Positions 8,201 to 16,351 of a stretch of DNA of 64,000 nt are shown here, in pieces. How positions within the stretch are numbered: position 1 is the first letter of the stretch; each line of letters begins with the position of its first letter. Source of the stretch: Microbacterium sp. (GTDB lineage Bacteria > Actinomycetota > Actinomycetes > Actinomycetales > Microbacteriaceae); assembly GCF_047602155.1 (NCBI RefSeq), contig NZ_JASGHZ010000001.1, positions 1,204,961 through 1,268,960 on the forward strand. The letters are read 5' to 3'. The notes under the pieces are model-generated. The model saw only the letters and a list, made by a program, of their open reading frames with translations. It searched no databases and was not told the DNA's origin. The translations under genes and the position numbers were made by a program.

Positions 8201-9439
8201 GTGTCGAACCGTCGCGCCACCATCGCCGATGTCGCCCGCAGGGCGGGCGTCTCGCCGTCGACGGCGTCGGTGGTCTACAGCGGCAAGTCGCCGGTGTCGG
8301 CCGCGACCCGCGTCAAGGTGCTCGAAGCCGCCGCCGTGCTCGGCTACGTCGGCCCCGACCCCCGCGCCGCCTCGCTGCGCCGCGGCCGCAGCGGAATCGT
8401 CGCCGTCGTGGTGGGCTCGACCCTGAACTCCATCTTCCTCGACCCCGTGCAGCGGCTCCTGATGGACGGCCTCGCCGACGCCGTCGCCCCGTTCGGCGCG
8501 GGCCTGCTGCTCGTGTCGCGCGAGAGCGACATCGCGAACGCCCCGACGCTGCAGACGGCGTCGATCGACGCGGCAGTGCTCCTGGGCTGCGACGGCCGCC
8601 TGCTCGACACGCTGCCCGCCGTGCAGGCCCGCGGCATCCCGATCGTCGTCATCGAGGGCGACGCCGGCGACGGCATCCCCCGCATCCTGCTCGACAACCG
8701 CGAGGCGCAGCGCCGTGCGGCCGAGCATCTGCGCGACCTCGGGCACTCCGACGTCGCGATCGTCACGCTGTGGCAGGATGCCGGGGGTCCGCGCGGCTGG
8801 ATCCCCGCCGGCGCCGACCCCGCCGTCGACGTCACGCGCGAGCGGCTGGAGGGTGCCCGCGACGTCTTCCCGGATGCCCCGGCCATCGCGACCGCCGAGA
8901 GCTCGATCGACGAGGGGCTCGCCGCCGGTCGCGCGCTGTTCGCCGACCCGCGCACCCGGCCGACGGCCGTCATCGCGCAGAGCGATCTGCTCGCCGCCGG
9001 CGTCATCCGCGCCGCGGAGGAGGCGGACCTGCGCGTCCCCGACGACGTCAGCGTCACCGGCTTCGACGGCGTGCCCGTCGACGGGCTGGCGCCCTACGAG
9101 CTGACGACCCTCGTGCAGGATGCCGCCGGCAAGGGCCGCGCCGCCGGCACGGCGATCGTGACGATGCTCGACGGCCGCGCACCGGCCTCGGTGGTGCTGA
9201 CGTGCGAGTTCCGGCGGGGCAACACGACGGCGCCCCCGCGCATCCCCCCGCCCCCGCGTGACCCCCCGCCCCCGCCCCCGCGTCCGCCCCGCCCCGTTAC
9301 GCGCTCACCCCCGCGTGAGAAACCACTTCCTGCTCGAGAAACCACTGCAGATGTGGTTTCTCACGCGCGAAGTGGTTTCTCACGGGCCGGACGGGGGCCG
9401 GACGGGGCGGGGCGGGGCGGCGGGGGCGCTGCCCGGTAG
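8201..9439 (+). CDS. LacI-family transcriptional regulator with an unusual Pro-rich C-terminal tail
   Basis: Track ORF of 412 aa with a GTG start. The N-terminal HTH reads ATIADVARRAGVSPSTASVVYSGKSPVSAATRVKVLEAAAVLGY, followed by a periplasmic-binding-fold core. The last 70 or so codons read through a C-rich/hairpin/G-rich repeat and are probably not part of the ancestral protein. Confidence 0.7.
   Translation: MSNRRATIADVARRAGVSPSTASVVYSGKSPVSAATRVKVLEAAAVLGYVGPDPRAASLRRGRSGIVAVVVGSTLNSIFLDPVQRLLMDGLADAVAPFGAGLLLVSRESDIANAPTLQTASIDAAVLLGCDGRLLDTLPAVQARGIPIVVIEGDAGDGIPRILLDNREAQRRAAEHLRDLGHSDVAIVTLWQDAGGPRGWIPAGADPAVDVTRERLEGARDVFPDAPAIATAESSIDEGLAAGRALFADPRTRPTAVIAQSDLLAAGVIRAAEEADLRVPDDVSVTGFDGVPVDGLAPYELTTLVQDAAGKGRAAGTAIVTMLDGRAPASVVLTCEFRRGNTTAPPRIPPPPRDPPPPPPRPPRPVTRSPPREKPLPARETTADVVSHARSGFSRAGRGPDGAGRGGGGAAR
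9241..9427. repeat. Long imperfect palindrome: C-rich arm, two-tier gagaaaccac hairpin, G-rich arm
   Basis: The C-tracts at 9241-9295 are mirrored by the G-tracts at 9385-9427. The centre, 9313-9384, contains gcgtgagaaaccactt...cgagaaaccac-tgcagat-gtggtttctcac...aagtggtttctcacg. Confidence 0.75.
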
Positions 9440-9477
9440 ACTGGGGTGACCGACCCCCGAACAGCCAGGAGGCCAGT

Positions 9478-11679
9478 GTGCTCGCTCTCCTGGCCGCGTT
9501 CGCGATACTGCCGCTGGCGTTGCCGTGGCTCGTGAAGCGGATCGGGGCGCGGGCCTTCTTCGTCGCGGCGCTGCTGCCGATCGCCGCGTTCGCGCACGCC
9601 GCCGCCGAGGCTCCCGCCGTGCTGGCGGGGAACACGCCGACCGAGTCGTACGCGTGGATCCCGCAACTGGGCATCGCGCTGTCGATGCGCATGGACACCC
9701 TCGGCTGGATCCTGGCGCTCGTCGTCACCGGCGTCGGTGCGCTCGTCATGATCTACTGCCGGTGGTACTTCGCCGGCAAGAAGGACGGCGTGGGCCTGTT
9801 CAGCGCCGTGCTGCTGGCGTTCGCCGGCGCGATGTACGGGCTGGTGCTGACCGACGACCTCATCGTGCTCGTGATGTTCTGGGAGATCACGAGCATCCTG
9901 TCGTACCTGCTCATCGGCTTCTCCCACGCGCGCGGCGCGAGCCGCCGGGCCGCGCTGCAGGCGCTGCTCGTGACGACGCTCGGCGGGCTCGTCATGTTCG
10001 TCGGCGCCGTGATCCTCGTGGTGGATGCCGGGACCAGCAGCCTCTCCGGCATCCTCGCCGAATATGCCGCTGGCGGCATGAACAGCGATTCCGCGCTGGT
10101 CGACACCGCCATCGTGCTGCTGCTCGTGGGCGCGCTCAGCAAGTCGGCGATCTTCCCGTTCCACTTCTGGCTGCCCGGCGCCATGGCCGCCCCGACACCG
10201 GTGAGCGCGTACCTGCACGCCGCGGCGATGGTGAAGGCGGGCATCTACCTCATCGCGCGCTGCGCGCCGGCGTTCGCGATCGCCGGGCCCTGGCGGCCGA
10301 TCGTGATCTCGCTCGGCATCTTCACGATGCTGCTCGGTGGCGTGCAGGCGCTGCGCGAGTCGGACCTCAAGCGCATCCTCGCGTTCGGCACGGTGAGCCA
10401 GCTCGGCATGCTGACGGCCGTGCTCGGCTTCGGCACGCGCGACCTTGCGCTCGCGGGGCTCGCGCTGCTGCTGAGCCACGCCCTGTTCAAGTCGGCGCTG
10501 TTCCTTGTCGTCGGCGTCATCGACCGTCAGCTGGGCACGCGCGACATCGGCGAGCTGTCGGGGGTCGGGCGGCAGGCGCCGACCCTCGCGACGTTCTCGA
10601 TCGTCGCCGTCGCCTCGATGGTCGGCGTCATCCCGACGATCGGGTTCGTCGCGAAGGAGGGCGTGCTGGCGGCGGTCCTGGATGCCGCCACCGAGCCCGC
10701 AGCGGCAGTCTGGGCGCTCGTCGCGCTCGTCGGCATCGTGCTGGGCTCGGTCCTCACGGCGGCCTACGGCATCCGCTTCGTCTGGGGCGCGTTCTGGACG
10801 AAGCGCACTGCCGACGGGGAGCCGGGGCCGGCGACGGCCTGGCCCGACCCGCCGGTCGGATTCCTCGCCGCGCCCGTCCTGCTCGCCGGCCTCACGATCG
10901 CCGGGGGCATCGCCGCGCCCTGGCTCGACACGGCGCTGGCGGGCTACGCCGACACCGCCCCGGCGGCATCCGGCACAGACCACGCCGCCCACCTCGCGCT
11001 GTGGCACGGGTTCGAGCCGGCGCTGTTCCTCTCGCTCGGGTCGATCGCGGCCGGGTTCGCGCTGTGCGTGCTCGTCGTGCGCACCGGGTGGCGCGGCCGC
11101 GCGCTGCGCTTCACCGCCGTCGACGTCTACAACGGCACGCTGCGCGCCCTCGCGCGCCTCGCGGTCTGGACGACGACCTTCACGCAGCGCGGATCGCTGC
11201 CGGTGTACGTCGGCACGATCTTCGTCGTGTTCGTCGCGGCCGAGGGCACGGCGCTGATCGCGCCGCTGGTGAACGGGGTGAACGGGGCGGACGGCGGCGG
11301 ATGGTCCCTGTCGCTCGACGCCTGGCAGACGCCGATGCAGGTCGTGGCGGCGCCGATCATGATCCTCGCCGGCATCGTCGCCGTGCGCGCGCAGAAGCGC
11401 TACACCGGCGTCGTGCTCGTCTCGGTCACCGGCCTCGGCATGGTCGTGCTCTTCGCCACGAGCGGTGCCCCCGACCTGGCGCTCACGCAGATCCTCGTCG
11501 AGACCGTCACGCTCGTCGCGTTCACGCTCGTGCTGCGCCGCATCCCGGCGCGGATGGGTGAGCACAACGCATCCGTCGCGCCCGTCGCGCGCGCCGTGCT
11601 GGCCGTCGCGGTCGGCGCGACGATGGCGATCGTCGCGATGGTCGCCACCGGCGCGCGGGTGAGGGACCCATCTCGGTGA
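9478..11679 (+). CDS. mrpA: Mrp-type cation/H+ antiporter subunit A (NuoL-like), lacking the usual C-terminal MnhB domain
   Basis: Track ORF of 733 aa with a GTG start and AGGAGG 7 bp upstream. It is a multi-TM proton-pumping NuoL/MnhA-type sequence. The stop overlaps the next start (GTGA). Confidence 0.85.
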   Translation: MLALLAAFAILPLALPWLVKRIGARAFFVAALLPIAAFAHAAAEAPAVLAGNTPTESYAWIPQLGIALSMRMDTLGWILALVVTGVGALVMIYCRWYFAGKKDGVGLFSAVLLAFAGAMYGLVLTDDLIVLVMFWEITSILSYLLIGFSHARGASRRAALQALLVTTLGGLVMFVGAVILVVDAGTSSLSGILAEYAAGGMNSDSALVDTAIVLLLVGALSKSAIFPFHFWLPGAMAAPTPVSAYLHAAAMVKAGIYLIARCAPAFAIAGPWRPIVISLGIFTMLLGGVQALRESDLKRILAFGTVSQLGMLTAVLGFGTRDLALAGLALLLSHALFKSALFLVVGVIDRQLGTRDIGELSGVGRQAPTLATFSIVAVASMVGVIPTIGFVAKEGVLAAVLDAATEPAAAVWALVALVGIVLGSVLTAAYGIRFVWGAFWTKRTADGEPGPATAWPDPPVGFLAAPVLLAGLTIAGGIAAPWLDTALAGYADTAPAASGTDHAAHLALWHGFEPALFLSLGSIAAGFALCVLVVRTGWRGRALRFTAVDVYNGTLRALARLAVWTTTFTQRGSLPVYVGTIFVVFVAAEGTALIAPLVNGVNGADGGGWSLSLDAWQTPMQVVAAPIMILAGIVAVRAQKRYTGVVLVSVTGLGMVVLFATSGAPDLALTQILVETVTLVAFTLVLRRIPARMGEHNASVAPVARAVLAVAVGATMAIVAMVATGARVRDPSR

Positions 11680-12452
11680 GCTTCCCCGAGCTCGCCTACG
11701 AGCTCGGGCACGGCAAGAACGTCGTCAACGTCGCCCTCGTCGACCTGCGCGGCTGGGACACGATGGGCGAGCTGTCGGTGCTCATCCTCGCCGCGACCGG
11801 CGTCGCATCCCTCGTGTTCGTGACGCACCGCTCCGACCTGCTCTCGCGGGCCATCGCGCCCCTGCCGACGGCCGCGATCCGCACCCGCCGTCCCCTCGTC
11901 GAGACCGACGAGGGTCCACGCCCCCGCGCCGTCGCGCCGGGAAGCACGCGCCAGGCGTGGCTCGTCGGCGGGCAGAAGGTGGATCCCGCGAACCGGTCGA
12001 TCATGCTCGAGGTGATCGTCCGCATCCTCTTCCACACGATCATCGTCGTGTCGATCTACCTGCTCTTCGCCGGGCACAACCTGCCCGGCGGCGGGTTCGC
12101 CGGGGGTCTCGTGGCGGGCATGGCGCTCGTCATGCGGTACATCGCGGGCGGTCGGTACGAGCTGGGCGCGGCGGCCCCGACGGATGCCGGGCGGCTCCTC
12201 GGCGCCGGCATGGCGCTCGCCGTCGCGTGCGCGGTCGTGCCGCTGGTCTTCGGCGCGGCGCCGCTGACGAGCTCCTTCTGGGAGGCCGAGATCCCCGTCA
12301 TCGGCCACCTCGAATTCGTCACCTCCACCCTCTTCGACGTCGGCGTCTACCTCGTCGTCATCGGACTCGTGCTCGACGTGCTGCGCTCGCTCGGCGGCGA
12401 GGTCGACCGGCAGACGCAGGAGCTGCGCGACCGGGGGGTGCACGTCCCGTGA
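11676..12452 (+). CDS. mrpB: Mrp antiporter protein carrying the MnhB domain (equivalent to the C-terminal part of fused MrpA/B)
   Basis: Track ORF of 258 aa. The sequence SFPELAYELGHGKNVVNVALVDLRGWDTMGELSVL is the MnhB-domain signature. Confidence 0.75.
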   Translation: MSFPELAYELGHGKNVVNVALVDLRGWDTMGELSVLILAATGVASLVFVTHRSDLLSRAIAPLPTAAIRTRRPLVETDEGPRPRAVAPGSTRQAWLVGGQKVDPANRSIMLEVIVRILFHTIIVVSIYLLFAGHNLPGGGFAGGLVAGMALVMRYIAGGRYELGAAAPTDAGRLLGAGMALAVACAVVPLVFGAAPLTSSFWEAEIPVIGHLEFVTSTLFDVGVYLVVIGLVLDVLRSLGGEVDRQTQELRDRGVHVP

Positions 12453-12994
12453 ACGTGTCCGTCGTGCTGATCGTCGTCATGGCCGTGCTCTTCGCCGCCG
12501 GCGTCTACGCGATGCTCGAGCGGTCGCTGACCCGCGTGCTCATCGGATTCCTGCTGCTCGGCAACGCGGCGAACCTCTTCCTGCTGGTCGTCATGGGCCG
12601 GCCCGGGCTCGCGCCCTTCTTCGGGGTGGCCGAGCCCGACCAGATGAGCGACCCGCTGCCGCAGGCGCTCACGCTCACCGCCATCGTCATCACGTTCGCC
12701 GTGTCGGCGTTCCTCCTCGCCCTCATCTACCGCTCGTGGCAGCTCGGCCAGGCCGACACGGTGCACGACGACGAGGAAGACCTCGCCGTGCGCGGCCGCG
12801 GTGCGGCCGACGAGGACGAGCTCGACGACGAGATCACTCCGGAAGACGACGACGCCACGACCGACTTCATCGGCACCGAGACGGCCCCGATCACCGTGCT
12901 GCACCACCGCGACGTCGACGGCATCCGCGACGACGCTCCCGTCGACCGGATGACGGATGCCGGCACCGCCCGCGACGGAGGGGATGCCCGATGA
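12449..12994 (+). CDS. mrpC: Mrp antiporter subunit C (NuoK-like) with acidic C-terminal tail
   Basis: The GTG at 12449 overlaps the mrpB stop. It lies within track ORF 11957..12994 and reads VNVSVVLIVVMAVLFAAGVYAMLERSLTRVLIGFLLLGNAANLFLL. Confidence 0.8.
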   Translation: MNVSVVLIVVMAVLFAAGVYAMLERSLTRVLIGFLLLGNAANLFLLVVMGRPGLAPFFGVAEPDQMSDPLPQALTLTAIVITFAVSAFLLALIYRSWQLGQADTVHDDEEDLAVRGRGAADEDELDDEITPEDDDATTDFIGTETAPITVLHHRDVDGIRDDAPVDRMTDAGTARDGGDAR

Positions 12995-14556
12995 GCGCGC
13001 TCGTGCCGCTGCTCGTGACGCTGCCGCTGCTCGGCGCCGCCGTCGCGCTCATCTTCGGCCGCCGCCGCCGGGTGCAGGTCGGTGTCTCGGTCGTCACCCT
13101 CACGCTCGTCGCCGTCATCGCCGCCGCGCTGCTGGCGGCCGTCGACGCGTCGCACCACGCCTTCGCGGTATCGGTGGGCGGGTGGCCGATCCCCTTCGGC
13201 ATCGTGCTGTACGTCGACCGGCTCGCGGCGCTCCTGGTCGTCGTGTCGTCGATCGTGCTGCTCGCGGTGCTGCTCTTCTCGGTCGGCCAGGGCGCCGCCG
13301 ACGGCGACGACGACACCCCCGTCACGATCTTCCACCCGTCGTACCTGATCCTCGCGGCGGGCATCTTCACCGCGTTCATCGCGGGCGACCTGTTCAACCT
13401 CTACGTCGGGTTCGAGATCCTGCTCGTCGCCTCGTACGTGCTCATCACCCTCGGCTCGACCGAGAACCGCATCCGCACCGGCGTCGTCTACATCGTCGTG
13501 TCGCTCGTGTCGTCGATCCTGTTCCTCGTGGCGATCGCGGCGATCTACGGGGCGCTGGGCACCGTCAACATCGCACAGCTGTCGCAGCGGATGACCGAGC
13601 TGCCGCAGCAGACCCAGCTCGTGCTGCACCTCATGCTGCTGCTCGCGTTCAGCATCAAGGCGGCCGTCTTCCCGCTGTCGTTCTGGCTGCCCGACTCGTA
13701 CCCGACGGCGCCCGCCCCCGTCACGGCGGTGTTCGCGGGCCTGCTGACCAAGGTCGGCGTGTACGCCATGATCCGCACCGAGACGCAGATCTTCCGGGAC
13801 AACGACCTCAACACCCTGCTGCTCGTGGTGGCGCTCGCGACGATGATCGTCGGCATCCTCGGCGCGGTCGCACAGGCCGAGCTCAAACGCATCCTGTCGT
13901 TCACCCTCGTCAGCCACGTCGGCTTTCTCGTGTTCGGGCTGGCGATCGCGACCCCGCTCGCGCTCGGCGCGACGATCTACTACATGGTCCACCACATCGT
14001 CGTGCAGACGACGCTGTTCCTCGCCGTGGGACTCGTCGAGCGCCGCGCCGGGTCGACGTCGGTGCTGCGCGTGAAGGGGCTCATGAAGGCGGCGCCGGTG
14101 ATCGCCGTGCTGTACTTCATCCCGGCGGTGAACCTCGGCGGCCTGCCGCCGTTCTCGGGCTTCATCGGCAAGTTCGCGCTGTTCAACGCGGCCGCCGAGG
14201 TCGGCACGCCGCTCATGTACGCGCTGATCGGCGGCGGCATCGTGACGTCGCTGCTGACCCTCTACACGCTCATGCGCGCGTGGAACCTGGCCTTCTGGCG
14301 CGAGGAGGAGGACCACGGCGAGGACCCCGCGTTCGCCGAGCGCATCGCCTACCTCGACGGCGCCCCGGCCGCCGGGGAACAGGGCGGGAGGCGCCGCATC
14401 CCGCGCATCATGACCGCCACGACCGCCGGCATGGTCGGCGTCACCGTCGCGCTGACGGTGTTCGCCGGCCCGCTGTACAGCCTGTGCGCGACGATCGGCG
14501 AGGCCCTCACCGAGCCCGTGACGCTCGTGCAGCTGCAGGAGGGGGCGGACCAATGA
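12991..14556 (+). CDS. mrpD: Mrp antiporter subunit D (NuoN/NuoM-like)
   Basis: The ATG at 12991 overlaps the mrpC stop (ATGA). It lies within track ORF 12736..14556 and reads MSALVPLLVTLPLLGAAVALIFG..., multi-TM. Confidence 0.85.
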   Translation: MSALVPLLVTLPLLGAAVALIFGRRRRVQVGVSVVTLTLVAVIAAALLAAVDASHHAFAVSVGGWPIPFGIVLYVDRLAALLVVVSSIVLLAVLLFSVGQGAADGDDDTPVTIFHPSYLILAAGIFTAFIAGDLFNLYVGFEILLVASYVLITLGSTENRIRTGVVYIVVSLVSSILFLVAIAAIYGALGTVNIAQLSQRMTELPQQTQLVLHLMLLLAFSIKAAVFPLSFWLPDSYPTAPAPVTAVFAGLLTKVGVYAMIRTETQIFRDNDLNTLLLVVALATMIVGILGAVAQAELKRILSFTLVSHVGFLVFGLAIATPLALGATIYYMVHHIVVQTTLFLAVGLVERRAGSTSVLRVKGLMKAAPVIAVLYFIPAVNLGGLPPFSGFIGKFALFNAAAEVGTPLMYALIGGGIVTSLLTLYTLMRAWNLAFWREEEDHGEDPAFAERIAYLDGAPAAGEQGGRRRIPRIMTATTAGMVGVTVALTVFAGPLYSLCATIGEALTEPVTLVQLQEGADQ

Positions 14557-15116
14557 GCGCCGGATCCGTGCTCGCGTCGCTGTGGCGGCAACTGCCGTTC
14601 TTCATCTGGCTCGTCGCCCTGTGGATGCTGCTGTGGGGCCAGTTCACCGTGCTGTCGCTGGTGACCGGCGTCGTCGTCGCGGTGTTCGTGACCCGCGTGT
14701 TCCGGCTGCCTCCGGTCGAACTGTCGGGGCGCGTCGACCCGTGGTGGGGCGTCGTGTTCGTCGCGGAGTTCCTCGTGGCGCTCGTGCGCGGTTCGCTCAC
14801 CGTCGCGTGGCAGGTGCTCACGCCCGGGCAGCCCGGGGCCGCGATCATCGGGGTGCCGCTCGTGACCGACGACGACCTCATCATGACGCACGTCGCGGTG
14901 ACGGCATCCCTCATCCCCGGCTCGCTCATCGTCGACATCGATCGCGACCGCCGCATCCTGTACCTGCACGTCATCGGCGTGCGTGGGGAGGCGGATGTCC
15001 AGCGGCAGCGGGCCGACGTGCAGCACTGGGAGGAACGGATCGTGCGCGCCGTGGGATCGCGAGCGCAGGTGGCGGCGGTGCGGGCCGCTGCGTCCGGTTC
15101 GGAGGGGTCGTCGTGA
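14553..15116 (+). CDS. mrpE: Mrp antiporter subunit E
   Basis: The ATG at 14553 overlaps the mrpD stop. It lies within track ORF 12957..15116 and reads MSAGSVLASLWRQLPFFIWLVALWMLLWGQFT. Confidence 0.8.
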   Translation: MSAGSVLASLWRQLPFFIWLVALWMLLWGQFTVLSLVTGVVVAVFVTRVFRLPPVELSGRVDPWWGVVFVAEFLVALVRGSLTVAWQVLTPGQPGAAIIGVPLVTDDDLIMTHVAVTASLIPGSLIVDIDRDRRILYLHVIGVRGEADVQRQRADVQHWEERIVRAVGSRAQVAAVRAAASGSEGSS

Positions 15117-15436
15117 CGGTGCTGATCGTCCTCATCTTCCTCGCGTTCGCGGTCGCCGCGCTGCTGACGGTGTGGCGGATCATCCGCGGACCCTCGATCC
15201 TCGACCGCGCCGTCGCCGCCGACGTACTGCTGACCCTCGTGCTGTGCGTGCTGGGCGCCGAGATGGCGATCAACCACCACACCCGCACGCTCCCCCTGCT
15301 GCTGATCGTCGCGGCCGTCGGGGTGTTCGGCTCGATCTCGGTCGCGCGTTTCGTCGCGCGCCGCGATCAGCCGGCGCCGCCCGAGCAGGGCTCCGCGGGG
15401 GGTTCTGACGCGGCTCGGGAAGGAGGCCGGCGATGA
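15113..15436 (+). CDS. mrpF: Mrp antiporter subunit F
   Basis: The GTG at 15113 overlaps the mrpE stop. It reads VTVLIVLIFLAFAVAALLTVWRIIRGPSILDRAVAADVLLTL. Confidence 0.8.
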   Translation: MTVLIVLIFLAFAVAALLTVWRIIRGPSILDRAVAADVLLTLVLCVLGAEMAINHHTRTLPLLLIVAAVGVFGSISVARFVARRDQPAPPEQGSAGGSDAAREGGRR

Positions 15437-15777
15437 CCGACGTGATCGTGCTCGTGCTGATCCTGATCGGGGCGCTGCTGTGCCTGACGGCATCCATCGG
15501 CCTGCTGCGCTTCCGCGACGTGCCGACGCGCCTGCACGCGGCGACCAAGCCGCAGGTGCTCGGGCTCATCATCGTCTGCGCCGCGATCGCCCTGGCACTG
15601 GGGTCGTGGCAGGTGACGACGTTCCTCGTGCCGGTCATCCTCATCCAGCTCGCGACCGCGCCGCTGTCGGCGCACATGGTCGGGCGGCAGGCCTACCGCA
15701 ACGGCACCCTCGACGAGGATTCGCTGCTCGTCGACGAGCTCGCCCGCGACAAGCGCGAGACGGATGCCGCGGGCTGA
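15433..15777 (+). CDS. mrpG: Mrp antiporter subunit G
   Basis: Track ORF of 114 aa. The ATG overlaps the mrpF stop. It reads MTDVIVLVLILIGALLCLTASIGLLRFRDVPTRLHAATKPQVLG. Confidence 0.85.
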   Translation: MTDVIVLVLILIGALLCLTASIGLLRFRDVPTRLHAATKPQVLGLIIVCAAIALALGSWQVTTFLVPVILIQLATAPLSAHMVGRQAYRNGTLDEDSLLVDELARDKRETDAAG

Positions 15778-15850
15778 GCCCCCGCCCGTCGCTCGCCCGT
15801 CGCTCGCCCGCCGCGCTTCCCCGTCGCTCGCCTGTCGCGCTTCCCCGTCG

Positions 15851-15950
15851 CGCTGTCGTTTTCTGCACGCGCTGTCGAAACCTGCACGCGCTGTCGAAAC
15901 CTGCACGCGCTGCTGAACTTTCGACAGCGCGTGCAGGTTTCGACAGCGCG
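15851..15950. repeat. Direct repeats of gcacgcgctgtcgaaacct ending in a perfect 26-bp-stem hairpin
   Basis: The left arm cgcgctgtcgaaacctgcacgcgctg (15887-15912) pairs with cagcgcgtgcaggtttcgacagcgcg (15925-15950) around the loop ctgaactttcga. Confidence 0.85.
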
Positions 15951-16175
15951 AGCGCGCGATGGATGCCGCGAGCCGAAGCCCGACGGGATGTCATGACCGG
16001 CGGGTGGGCGACAGCGTGTGGGTGGCGGCATCCACCCACACGCGAGAACGCACGTGCGAGACCGACTCCGGCGGCGAGCTGATCCGGCTCGCCGCCGCCG
16101 ACACCCGCCCGACTCTCGCTCGTCCGGCATCCCGTCGCGCTCCCCCGTCGCGCTTCCCTGTCGCGCTTCCCTGTC

Positions 16176-16238
16176 GCGCTGTCGTTTTCTGCACGCGCTG
16201 CTGAACTTTCGATAGCGCGTGCAGGTTTCGACAGCGCG
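16176..16238. repeat. Second, partly decayed copy of the 15851-15950 element
   Basis: The sequence cgcgctgtcgttttctgcacgcgctgctgaactttcgatagcgcgtgcaggtttcgacagcgcg shares the loop and right arm with the first copy. Confidence 0.8.
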
Positions 16239-16351
16239 AGCAAGGGATGCCGTCGCCCGCGCCGGACGCGAGCCCGAGCCGTCGGCCGAGCCCGCGCCGA
16301 ACCCGCGCCGAGCCCGCGCCCGCGGCGAACGCGGAACCGCGGGCGGTCGAC

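Noticed and set aside
9361-11565. Very long antisense or alternate-frame ORFs in the track, for example 9361..11565, 108..881, 12727..14553, 15693..18080, 20849..22558, 22543..26262, 38126..39973 and 40493..42127.
   Set aside because: Their translations are Arg/Pro/Gly/Ala-rich low-complexity strings typical of out-of-frame reading in DNA of about 70% GC. Each overlaps a gene with a clear family signature in another frame.
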